DNA of 64,000 nt from Nemertoderma westbladi. Taxonomy: Eukaryota; Animalia; Xenacoelomorpha. The notes under the pieces are model-generated. The model was given only the letters and a program-made list of their open reading frames with translations, did not search any database and had not been told where the DNA came from. The stretch spans positions 12,028 to 76,027 of the forward strand of contig JAUCBJ010007129.1 in assembly GCA_032718475.1 (NCBI GenBank), written 5' to 3'. This document shows positions 10,685-20,993 of the stretch, piece after piece. The translations under genes were made by a program, and so were the position numbers. Each line of letters opens with the position of its first letter. The first letter of the stretch is position 1.

Positions 10685-13600
10685 ATGGAGAAAGGGACAC
10701 AAGGAGAGCCGAGATGGGGATATGATATCCAAGAGGAGGCAGCAGCGCCATTCGAAAGATTTGGAGCCAAGGATTATACTATATTTGGTATAAAAGAATT
10801 ATCGGAAAGTACAGCGAAACTCGCGAGAACTAAATATGACTCGAATGTATTAAAGAGAAGGCAAAACGCATTAAACGAAAGAATCGAAAGTTTGCGCCAA
10901 ACCTTCAACGAACTTTACCCGTACGATGCTTTGTGTGATACGGGAGACATTAGCGAAGACCCCGATACTGAAATTAGTCGTTTGTATCATACCATGCAAT
11001 ACCTAAAGGCGCACGAACCTATGCCCGCGGTACGCGATGAATTCGATGGAATGCATCTTTACAGACGAACTCGAGGGGACGATAGAGAAACCAAGGAAGC
11101 ATTTTCAGTTTATAAACTTTATTATCAATGCGGTTCTTGTATGCGCGAACAACGAAATGCGATTCCGATGCGTTTGAATAAGGAAAATCCCGAACCGATA
11201 TTGGCGAGGTGTTCGAATCATCAACAACTACGCTACCAGGAAGGAGGGTATCCTTTATCGAATCCATATCATTCATTTGCTATGACCGGACCAAAGGCGG
11301 GAGAAACTGTCATTTACCCACCTAAGGTTGTTGAACCCGATGTATTTGAACTTACGCTGGACGAGGCGAATCAGTCAACCCGCGAAAAGAAAGAAGCTCT
11401 TAGCCTATACAGGGCCTACAAGGCTTTCGAGAAAGGTGAGATGGAAGAATGGGGTGGAAGACTCGCGAGCCTACCTTGCCATTGGACGTCACACGATCAA
11501 ACTTCAGCTAAGGAGATGACACCGGAAGTTTTCGAGAGCATAAACTTTGCTCAAAACGTTATTCAGAGACTACAGATTGCATCCCCGGAGAGGCCAAGAG
11601 AAATGCAACCGTATAGTACTTCAGCTACGAAACCATTGAGTACGACACTCAATTTCCCTATTAGTATACCAGTCCGACAGGATACGACGTACGAAATACC
11701 CATCGTGGATCATCCAGAAATCATTTCAAACTTGGAGTTTCTTCCTGCAGTTGTTTTCAGCGATATGAGTAAGATATATGATTTACGTAGACATATTACT
11801 CAAAAGGTCGTGAACAACGTTCCACCTCATATCCAAGATTTTAAGGAACTGGATAGAGCTGGTGCCGACATAGCTCCGAGTAATCTGAAAGGATACCTAA
11901 CCAAGACGATTCGTTTATGGATTGGAATCGGAACCTTCGAGTCGGATACAGATATTGCCGCAGATTGGCGAGGTAAGGTTATTCGTTTCGATGAGGATAA
12001 GGATATAGAGAAGATTTGGCAACCTTCGGAAGAATTGTTGGATGAATGGACTAGGACGTTTAGATCGTTTCAGGAAAACGGTTATATGTTTTACGATAAC
12101 GAGGGCGGCAGTCATCAGCAGAGTTTGACTTCTAAGACTATACAGATTAGAGCGGCGGACGGAGTCCTGCACGTTTTCAGTAGACAGAGGAGCGACAAAC
12201 GAATGCCGATACCTCCAGCGAATACAAAGCGACACCATCTTATCACCGATATAGTAAAGAAGATGGACCAAGCTTGTAATATTGACGCTAGAATGCTACC
12301 AAAGATGGTAAGAAACATGATTTTAGATAAAACTGTTGTAAAGGTTGGATCAGGAGTAAGGGAGGATTTAATTAGCGACTTCGCCGGCATGACGGACAGC
12401 GATGACCGACTACCGACACCATACGTCGACACTCGACCTCTTATTCTGTGGTCTATAGAACAGGGATATTTTCGTGAGTATAATACTCAGAAGACTGGAA
12501 CTGGATACATTTCCTACCTGTTATTCAATTGGGATTATAAGGAAGGTAAAAGAAACAAGTATATTGAAACTTATGGAGAAGGTGATACTCCAGATATGAG
12601 TGAGTTTGAATCACAGCTTAAATGGAGAGGATGCGTGTATTGGGCTATTACGTCACCTCCAAGAGCGGTCTTACAATATTATTTAGCAATAGAGTCGTCA
12701 GTGAATGTTTGCCTAATCGCCGACATTGTGTCTCGGACTCTCAAAGGACATCCACTTTGTCTCGGAGAAGATCATACGTTCTACATGGAAGGGAGAATTC
12801 GTACCGACGTGTTTAGACGATTCCTTGAACCCTTCTACAACTCCGACGCTCAGTGTAATGCCTTTACTCGAGCAGGATTTAGTATATTTCGAGACGTGTA
12901 TCTTCGCTGTGCGGGATCTCTTATCGAAAGACCATCTATGTTTACATTGTTACCCTATGAAGGAGAACGTATCGTGGAAATTACGGATGAATCACGGCAG
13001 ACGCGCGCGCCTATCGGTCACCTTGGTGATGAATTCGAAGTAACTACTACGATCGCCGACGATCCTTTAGAGGAACTTCTTGAGATTGAAAGGAACCTCA
13101 GGCTGCCCCACGACAGCGGATTCCGAGTGGTGCGCGAGTATCTGTTACAGATTCACCCAGATAACAAAAACACGTGGAATTTTCAGAAAGTCGTTAATCG
13201 GATTACGTATGGTGAATTCGATCGTTTCCGAACTGAAAAGCGGAACAAGGGAGCTTGGTTAACCGTCGCATGGGCGTACCGAGCCGCGTTTTACCACAAA
13301 CGTATACGAGCGAGCGTATTCGAGGAAGAGGAGGTCCTAGAGGCGACGAATATATCAGCCACTCCGGTTGCGCCGTCTGCACGTCACCCTCGGGAGGACG
13401 GACAGGGTAGGATCATACGGGTCCAGAAGGTGGGCCAACAATTGAAGAAAATTATTAATGTAGAAGAACGCAAGGGAGTTGAGCCGACTATTCGAGTTAC
13501 TCGGGATACGGTATCACTTCCAAGAGAACCGGTAGGAGGATCGGGACATACACCAGCTGATCAACAGGGGGCGCAAGCTACTCTTGGGTCTGCGTCGTCC

Positions 13601-13831
13601 GCCTTTCGCGAGTTCCCAGACGTTCTACCAACTGTAGCGACAACTGATCGGTCACGAGGAATTGGTCGAGGTTTTGGGATGCCAAATAGACGAATTTGCG
13701 AGGAAATAGTCGCACCGTCCCTCAACGTCCCAAGTAAACCAGTGACTCGCCCCATTAGTCCCATATCGCGAGCAAAGTCACCTGTGCGCAGTTTTCGAGG
13801 ACGCGGCAGGGCTCGATCTACTAAGCGATAA
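10685..13831 (+). CDS. ORF2: 1048-aa accessory protein with N-terminal CxxC..CxxH module, DEDDy-like 3'-5' exonuclease domain (~12070-12720) and RG/basic tail
   Basis: Intact ATG-TAA ORF. ExoI YDNEG (12092-12106); IQI..ADG..HVF; LP......D..VVKVGSGVRED (ExoII); YVDT; ExoIII-like YLAIE. Collinear homology with the family B ORF2. Confidence 0.85.
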   Translation: MEKGTQGEPRWGYDIQEEAAAPFERFGAKDYTIFGIKELSESTAKLARTKYDSNVLKRRQNALNERIESLRQTFNELYPYDALCDTGDISEDPDTEISRLYHTMQYLKAHEPMPAVRDEFDGMHLYRRTRGDDRETKEAFSVYKLYYQCGSCMREQRNAIPMRLNKENPEPILARCSNHQQLRYQEGGYPLSNPYHSFAMTGPKAGETVIYPPKVVEPDVFELTLDEANQSTREKKEALSLYRAYKAFEKGEMEEWGGRLASLPCHWTSHDQTSAKEMTPEVFESINFAQNVIQRLQIASPERPREMQPYSTSATKPLSTTLNFPISIPVRQDTTYEIPIVDHPEIISNLEFLPAVVFSDMSKIYDLRRHITQKVVNNVPPHIQDFKELDRAGADIAPSNLKGYLTKTIRLWIGIGTFESDTDIAADWRGKVIRFDEDKDIEKIWQPSEELLDEWTRTFRSFQENGYMFYDNEGGSHQQSLTSKTIQIRAADGVLHVFSRQRSDKRMPIPPANTKRHHLITDIVKKMDQACNIDARMLPKMVRNMILDKTVVKVGSGVREDLISDFAGMTDSDDRLPTPYVDTRPLILWSIEQGYFREYNTQKTGTGYISYLLFNWDYKEGKRNKYIETYGEGDTPDMSEFESQLKWRGCVYWAITSPPRAVLQYYLAIESSVNVCLIADIVSRTLKGHPLCLGEDHTFYMEGRIRTDVFRRFLEPFYNSDAQCNAFTRAGFSIFRDVYLRCAGSLIERPSMFTLLPYEGERIVEITDESRQTRAPIGHLGDEFEVTTTIADDPLEELLEIERNLRLPHDSGFRVVREYLLQIHPDNKNTWNFQKVVNRITYGEFDRFRTEKRNKGAWLTVAWAYRAAFYHKRIRASVFEEEEVLEATNISATPVAPSARHPREDGQGRIIRVQKVGQQLKKIINVEERKGVEPTIRVTRDTVSLPREPVGGSGHTPADQQGAQATLGSASSAFREFPDVLPTVATTDRSRGIGRGFGMPNRRICEEIVAPSLNVPSKPVTRPISPISRAKSPVRSFRGRGRARSTKR

Positions 13832-13874
13832 AAGGGAGGGCAAGGGTGGACGGAAGACTCGTGGGCCTTTCTTA

Positions 13875-14700
13875 TGATTTGTGATTTATTTTGAATTATA
13901 TGTTTTATATTTAGAAAATTTAGTAAACTTATATTTTATATTTGTGTTTATTTCGAACTTATGCAATTTGTATTGTTCCGAATTTATGAAATTTAGAAAG
14001 TTTATATTTAGAAGGAACTTATATTTGAAAGATTTATGTTTCATATTTGAGATGCAAAGGTTTATATTATTCTAAACTTATGCAGTTTATATTTATATTT
14101 AAGTAAAGACTTATATTTAGTAAGATTTATATTTAGTAAGAATTTATATTTTATATTTGTAATTATTCCGAACTTATACAATTTATATTATTCCAAACTT
14201 ATGCAATTTGTATTGTTCCGAATATTATGCAATTTATATTTTATAAGTAGTATTTGTACCTAAAGAGAAAGTTTTATAGACAGAAAATTTGTGCTCAGAA
14301 AGACTCATATTTGTAATTATTCCAAACTTATGCAATCTACATTTAGGTACGAAAGTATTTGTAATTACTTGAATTTATGCAATATTTGGGATGCAATAGT
14401 AGATGGAAGACTTGCGAGCCTTTCTTATTGTTTTCATTTATTTGTATTTGTAATTGTTTGAATTTATGCAATATTTGAGATGCAATAGATTTATATTGGT
14501 GAATTTAATTTAGATTTATATTGTACTTACTTAGTAAAGCCTTAAATACGTAAAGTTTGAATTTGTAATTATTTTGTATCGAATCATTACGTAGAAAGGA
14601 AGTATTGTTTGAAACTTAATTGTAAATATGTAAGTACGCCCTAAGTATTCTATAGTTTGATTGATTATTGGTGAAAACCGTATATTTTATGCACGATAAT
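13875..14700 (+). repeat. AT-rich 3' UTR of element A with degenerate tandem repeats
   Basis: Recurrent aacttatgcaattt(a/g)tatt(a/g)ttcc and atttgtaattatt units. Confidence 0.7.
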
Positions 14701-14720
14701 ATCCTGTTTTCATGGAGCGG

Positions 14721-15339
14721 TATAGAATTATATTCCCTAAATGCCGTGGATTTTCAAAATTTTATTTTATTCGAATTAACTTTGTAAAGATTGCTTTGAG
14801 TTCTCATTAGTATTGGTTCTATCTATTGTGTATCTATCGGTCAAGTGGTTCAGTAGCTCAGTTGGTAGAGCGTTGGAAATTATATGTGTAGTAGGTATCG
14901 AGTTCGAATCCTAGTAAGTGCGAATTATTTTTTGTGCAGAATTTCAACTCATTTAAATTAACCGCTACAAATTAATTGCATTTGTCTGTACCAATAAGGC
15001 TGTAGTTATTTGATTGTAACCAATGTCGTGCAAGTTATATATTAGCTGGACCAATAAGCTATCTTTAAAACCTTGTTAGAACCCATAGAACAATCGAGAA
15101 TTTTCTCGATTGATTGCAGCACAAATTTAGTATATAAAGGTGCGATTCGTTCATTAGTTATCACTCACACTACCTTATACTTCAATCTTATATCTCAATC
15201 TTTCTCAGATTATCTTATCAATATTCTGTCGTGCTTAGTTTATTCTCAGATTACATTGTATTATAATTGTGTCTTCTGTAATAAAGTCAGAATATTCTCT
15301 CAGCTTTTCTGTTTTACTATGAATTCACTACGGTGAACA
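14721..15339 (+). repeat. Putative 3' LTR of element A
   Basis: Follows GGAGCGG (14714-14720, same motif as the family B PPT). TATATAAA ~15132, AATAAA ~15280, ends GGTGAACA. Starts TA rather than TG, and no second copy is in the window. Confidence 0.65.
14847..14922 (+). pseudogene. tRNA-like / Pol III A-box-B-box cassette inside the LTR of A
   Basis: TAGCTCAGTTGGTAGAGC (A box, intact D arm) at 14854-14871, GAGTTCGAATCC (B box) at 14900-14911, T-run at 14928-14933. Anticodon, T and acceptor stems pair poorly. Confidence 0.7.
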
Positions 15340-16798
15340 AACTCAGGGACAGGATGGCCGGCTAGAGATCGGGCCGCAGCAATGAACGGGAACATCACGG
15401 GAATGTAGACGAGAGACAACCCGCAATACCATTTAAAGTTATTCGCCCATCGCCTGAAAGGTTAGACAGCGTTCGATCCTTGCTACCTAAGTATAAGACC
15501 AAAAGATCAAAAGGTAGAAGTAGTGACACGCTGCAAGCCTAAAATTACATCATAGGGACTGTACTGTCTTGATTCAGGAAAACCCACAGTAGACCTTCAC
15601 ATTCCTACGGGGGGGGGAGGGAGAGAGAGCAGATACTAGTACGCAGATAGGACGTAGGCACACCGGTACAAGGCATACACATTGGTTAGGGTGCAGCAAA
15701 CTGTACGCTTAACTCTTTGCTAAGTACAGGTGTGTGTGCGACTATTTGCCGTACAACAGTGTCCATTACATCAGAACTTGTAGGCTAGGGGGTTGCTGTG
15801 TTTTCACCTGAATTGGGATTGTACCGTTCAGGCGGTAGGGCAGTTTACGCTAGGCGCAAATAAATTGAGGCTATCAGGGATATACTAACATCTACCGTGT
15901 CCCCGCCAACGCCCTAATAGGAAGTTACCCGGACTACCTGGGTGACTAAAATTCTAGATAGGAGCCAGGATAGCTATTAGTACCTGTACGCCTACAGTAG
16001 TAAACTAACACATCTCTTCTTAGTATCAGGGACCTGGTACCTAAAATTGCCGAATTCTGGGCGTAGTATTAACCTTATGCCTGAATTTGAGTCCTGGAAA
16101 TACGCAAGAGGGGAAGGAACCTTACCATTCGTGAGTATTGGACCTACAAGTTACAAAATTAGAATATTCGTAAAATGCACACCGTACCCAGTAATTATAT
16201 ATGTGAAGGAGCAAAACTGTTTTGACCGTTCAGAATTAACACACGCGCGTTAGAAATTATTTACACCTCGAAATATATAAAATTAACTTTGTCCGTACTG
16301 TGCTTTGCCCGCTAGTTAGACATCTCCAAATCTGCTCTATACCTAGCTAGCGTCCCTTTGCCTAACCATATAAATCACACCGCGGCAAAGTATACGAGCC
16401 CCTTAGTCCGTCAGTGAGTCAGCCTGATTTTAGGATTCGCTGCGCGGGATTTGTTTTATCGAAGTTTGCCTGCTCGTAGACTGTTTTCTGCCTCACCGGT
16501 TATAAGAGATCGATACTGCAATATATTCGCTTACTTAGGGTTTACTGTTTTGGTGAGGAGGTCGGATTTATGATTTGACTTACAAACTTTACAGTAGGAT
16601 ATTGCAGGTATTGTTACCGTCTCTTCCGATAGTAGGAATAGGCGTATCTCTTCAATTACATAAAGTACAAATGAATAATTAATATAAAATAAAGTACAAA
16701 TGAATAAATAAAGTAAAATAAAGTACAATTAATTAAAATTAAATATAAATAAATAAGTATTAATGAATAAAAGAGCCGCGGTGTCACTTATGACACCC

Positions 16799-17093
16799 TC
16801 TTGGGCCTCTCGGCGACAGTTGGACAACACTGATGACCCATTGTGTGTCAGGGCGCTAATCAGTCTGATTAATTAGGATAATCAATTAAACCCTAATTAG
16901 GAGTCATATGACATCTGTTAGGGTTTAATTGTACTAATTAATTGATGACACCTGTCAATTAGCCTAATTGGGAGGTGTCACCCAGACAGTCTGGCGCCAA
17001 TGACACCCAATGACACCCATAGGGTGATAATTGGGTGTCATATGACACCCAATGGGTGTCAGTGAGGTCCAACTGTCGCCGAGCCGGCCAAGA
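16799..17093. mobile_element. MITE-like element with ~50-bp imperfect terminal inverted repeats
   Basis: tcttgggcctctcggcgacagttggac... versus ...gtccaactgtcgccgagccggccaaga; many internal TGACAC/GTGTCA motifs. Confidence 0.7.
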
Positions 17094-17911
17094 CCCTACT
17101 ACTGTCGTTTCAGCCTATTTTAACATATTATTAACTTAATTTCGCGAATATTTAATGTCGATATGATTTCACCATTTAAGCAAGATTGTATTGAATTCCC
17201 AAATTATTAAAACTATTACATAGAAACTGAGCAGATTTATATATATCAATAACACATTAATTATAAAAAAGTGAATATAAAACTGCACCAAATTCCCACC
17301 ACCTATCAGAACAATAAAATTATTTAATATTTATTTTAAAGGAAAGTAGCAGCATAATAGCAGGCTTTTCTAACCAAAACAATAAACTAAATTTTGGAGT
17401 ACAATTTACAGTACAATTTTTACATCTAGGCACTAAGTTTTCAATATTAATTAAACATTAACCCTATGGGAAGAATGAAACGACATCCCAATTGGCAATT
17501 TAGGACCGGGATACCAAACTAGTATGAATTTTGATCTACCCACCCGCACTGCGTCCGAACTCCTTAAATGATATACTATCAGCTTAAAAACTAATATAGA
17601 GAATTGGTAATAACTGTAAATTAATTCCTTCAAAGCAATTCAACTAATTCAAAGCAAGCAAACAGTCGGCCGAAGCCGCAGGTGACCCGAAGGCTCCTCT
17701 TTCGATAGCTGCTACCCGATGGTAGGGGTGGGCGCTACTCCTATCCCAAGATTTGCTCCCAGTAATTTAACTGATACTCATTTAACTGGTAACTAATTAC
17801 AAATATTTATGGCAATTAGTGTTAATTAAGGTAATTAGGGGATACCCCATTTTGCAATAAGTTTTATTTCAGATATCCTACTGTATTTTGCAATGAAACA
17901 ATGTGGGGTTA

Positions 17912-18085
17912 TGTGAGCGGATTCAATTCCGTCTCATTACCCCCATAAGTGGCGCCCTTTTCAGCAATATTGGGGATACGAGGTTAATCACAATTAATCT
18001 CGTATCACACCCAATAACGGGGACAACACACGGCCCCGAAGGCCACACACAAAAGAGGTTAGAGGTCAAACTACCTCGAGAGGGG
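17912..18085 (+). repeat. 5' LTR of C, left part (split by B1)
   Basis: Matches 60426-60608. Confidence 0.95.
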
Positions 18086-19359
18086 TGTTCGCGCTTTTAG
18101 ACCTTTAGCAGTTTAACCTGCCAATTTTAATTGTCTTTTTTGTATATCAATTATTTAATGTACTGAAGTTACATCAGCCGAAGCCAGCCTGTGCGCGACC
18201 ATTCACCCACAGTTAAGGGAGACTGGATTCGGATGCTTTGATAGTGATTGCAGTGTAGACCTACTGTATTATTCGATTGATCGTTAATATATAATCTCTG
18301 ACAATATATTTACTTTCGGGGAAATATTAACAGTTCCTTTAGGACGTGGCGCTTTAAGTATAAAACAGAGTTATGACTTATACTAATCACAACTGGATGG
18401 CTACTGAGTTTCGTAAAAAGCGCATTCTTTAGGAGATGCTTTATTAACCTTCACACTACTTCACACGACTTCACACTAGTTCACACTACTGCGCACTGAT
18501 CTGCCGACCGTCACTGAATTTGATCATATATAAGGAGGATAGCAACTGACACATGTAGGGATTATGAAATAACATTTAATTCACACAAAAACCACTATAA
18601 TGTAAGTCGCAGTTGCTACCGGTAAACCTGTTCCTCTAACCTTTAGTAATCAAGAAGATTGGGGGTTTTATGATTATTCATCGGTATTCTCCAAATATAT
18701 CAGCAATATACACCAACATAACACCAATTAATAACAGAATCAAATAATGCGGTGAACAGTCAGTATGTGTTACTTATGCAGTGTTCCATGTGCAGCAATG
18801 CATGAATTGCGGTGTGATGCGGTAGTTGAATCGCGTTGCGCTTCAGTGATTCAGATATGAAGTATGATTCAGTTAATAGTTTTACGTTCTTGAAATCAAA
18901 GCCATCTGATGTTTCTGATGTTTAGGTCAAAGTCTGAAACTTCCAACACAGAAGTACAGAAGAATTTCCAAGCAGTTCTCTCGCTCAGAAAGGTAAACAA
19001 AGACCATAATGCATTGCGCGGTTTTACGTAGGCCTCTGTACAAGATAAAATGAAAATCGCTCTGATTGGCTGAGCTGAGCGAGCTGAACAAAGAGATGTT
19101 CCACGTTTACAGTAAATCAGCTGACAGATTTCGTCATCTGAGTTCCAGTCTTTTAGAGTATTAAGCGCATTGCGGTAAAAATGGCTTGTTATGTCCGCTA
19201 AAGCACCTATACTGCGCATTGTGGGGAAAATGGCTTGTTATGTCCGCTAAAACACCTTCACGGTACATTGCGGAGAAAATGGCTTGTTATGTCCGCTAAA
19301 ACACCTACACAGGATATTGTGGCGAAAAATGACCTGTTATATCCGCAAAAGCTTTTACA
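18086..19359 (-). repeat. 3' LTR of B1
   Basis: TGTAAAAGC...GCGCGAACA on the minus strand; AATAAA (minus) at 18440-18445; ~47-bp tandem repeats at the U3 end. Confidence 0.96.
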
Positions 19360-19442
19360 CCGCTCCCAGAAAATGGGATTTAATTCTATAAAATATAATA
19401 AGTCACAGTCACAAGTCTAAAATATAAAAATACTCTAAACAG

Positions 19443-20993
19443 TTAGTCCTTCTTACGCGAACGGCGTTTACGCAGTTTTTTGAGGCTAGCAAGAGTCCTT
19501 TTCTCTTTGGGGCGAGCCACTTTACTAGGAGGGCACAACTCCTGGGTGAAGGGTGCAATACAATTGCATCGGAAGGTTTAGGATTACGGTCGGTGTAGAC
19601 GCTGGTCGAGGTACTCGGTTGATCAGTATTAACCTCAGTGGAACGAGGTCGAACAACCTTCAGAGCGTGTTTCAAGACAGCAGCTCTTACTGGTCCCTGA
19701 TGATTCGTCTGCACGAGAGCGGTAGGTGGACCGTGTGTAGTGAGAAATTTCCTCGGTTTGATGGTTCTTTCCGACTCGCGTTCTTGGGCTCTGTCGAAAT
19801 TGATATGCTTCTCTTCGAGCTGATTTTCCTCCGCTTGTCATTGGAAGCATTCGTCCAAAACTCTTTCAGAGAGTAGGGTCGTCCAAGTTCGATATCTTCT
19901 TAGAGATTCTGGATTTCCCGATCGAACTGGGGTAAACCTAATTCTTTTACCGCTTGGACTTGCCGCTGCAATTTACGTTTATCTAAACAATCGTAAGTTC
20001 CTTTTCCAATCTTTTGTCGAATAGCGTCTAGCGCGTTTCATACAACGCTCTCCTCCACCTTGGTGACAGGTTGTATCGGGGTTAGACCGGGACGATTATA
20101 CGGGTTGAACGGCGATATTAGGTGTCCGCGTCCCAATCCGGCTAGGTAAGATGGGCGAATATCTAGGGAGCCCACAACCGGAGTGCCACCGACTAATTGT
20201 TCGGGTAATACTAGATCTTTGAACAATGAGTGCAGTTCAGGAGGATCCGTCATACTATTAGGATCAAGAGTCTGACATCTCACCAGGGAATGGGGATGCA
20301 TGACCGAGTTTTCCGGAACTCTGATCATCGGTTTATTTAAGGATCGTTTGAGTTGAGCGAGCGTAGGTGATACGTCGAACAAGTTTCGCTCGAAACTCCA
20401 GTAAATATAGCGAGTAAAACTGTGTTTAGCGCAACGTCTCCGCAGATGTTTATGTCTTTCCGTGTGTTGGTTGGGTCTAGGGCATTCATCGTAATAATAC
20501 CAAAGTCGCACGTCTTGTAGGGGAAACACGGGTGATCTTTCTCCAGTTTTACTGTCTCTCTTAAGAATTCCAAATATACGTTGAAGTCACTGCGTTTATC
20601 CGGTTCTTTAACGTCTTCTCTTTCGAGTTGGTTTCGAATAGAATTTTCGTGTTCGATTCTCAGTTTGTCGTTCCGACTCCGCTGGGTATGATATTAAAAT
20701 AGGATCATTTCCCTTTCGGTGTCTACATCGTCCATATCGTGTAAATCGATAGGATGGCCAGTAGTTAAGAAGTCCATATATGTACCATTACGATGCGTAT
20801 AGCGAGCGATGAATTTTCTATAGTCTAATTCACGCGTGAGCTGTTCCTTTGACATTGGCGGTTCGATATAACGGCCATCGTCTTCCGTAGTGGGTGGACT
20901 AGCTTCGCCACGTATTAAACTATCAACAAACGCTTGCAATGGTAGGGTATATCGCTCCCTGATACCAAGATCATCTTCTATCAACTCAGTCAT
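19443..20993 (-). pseudogene. ORF2 of B1, internally deleted
   Basis: Homologous to B2 39778-35482. A junction near 19790-19800 removes ~2.6 kb (B2 ~35833-38418), and there is a smaller deletion near 20555. Confidence 0.9.

Larger units (their letters stand above)
2574..15339 (+). mobile_element. BEL/Pao LTR retrotransposon, family A (5' end rearranged or outside the window) carrying an extra ORF2
   Basis: Domain order Gag (triple Cys/His knuckles)-PR-RT-RH-IN with Pao-type motifs, then ORF2, an AT-rich 3' UTR, a GGAGCGG PPT-like motif and a candidate LTR. Confidence 0.93.

Noticed and set aside
10685-13831. ORF2 as a retroviral env gene
   Set aside because: No signal peptide, hydrophobic transmembrane anchor or Cys-rich ectodomain is visible; it has exonuclease motifs and a basic tail instead.
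14847-14922. Functional tRNA gene
   Set aside because: Acceptor, anticodon and T stems do not pair properly; only the promoter boxes and D arm are intact.
15340-16780. Leader/LTR of a further retroelement on the minus strand
   Set aside because: A PBS-like stretch near 16488-16504 is suggestive, but no ORF, paired LTR or TSD supports a call.
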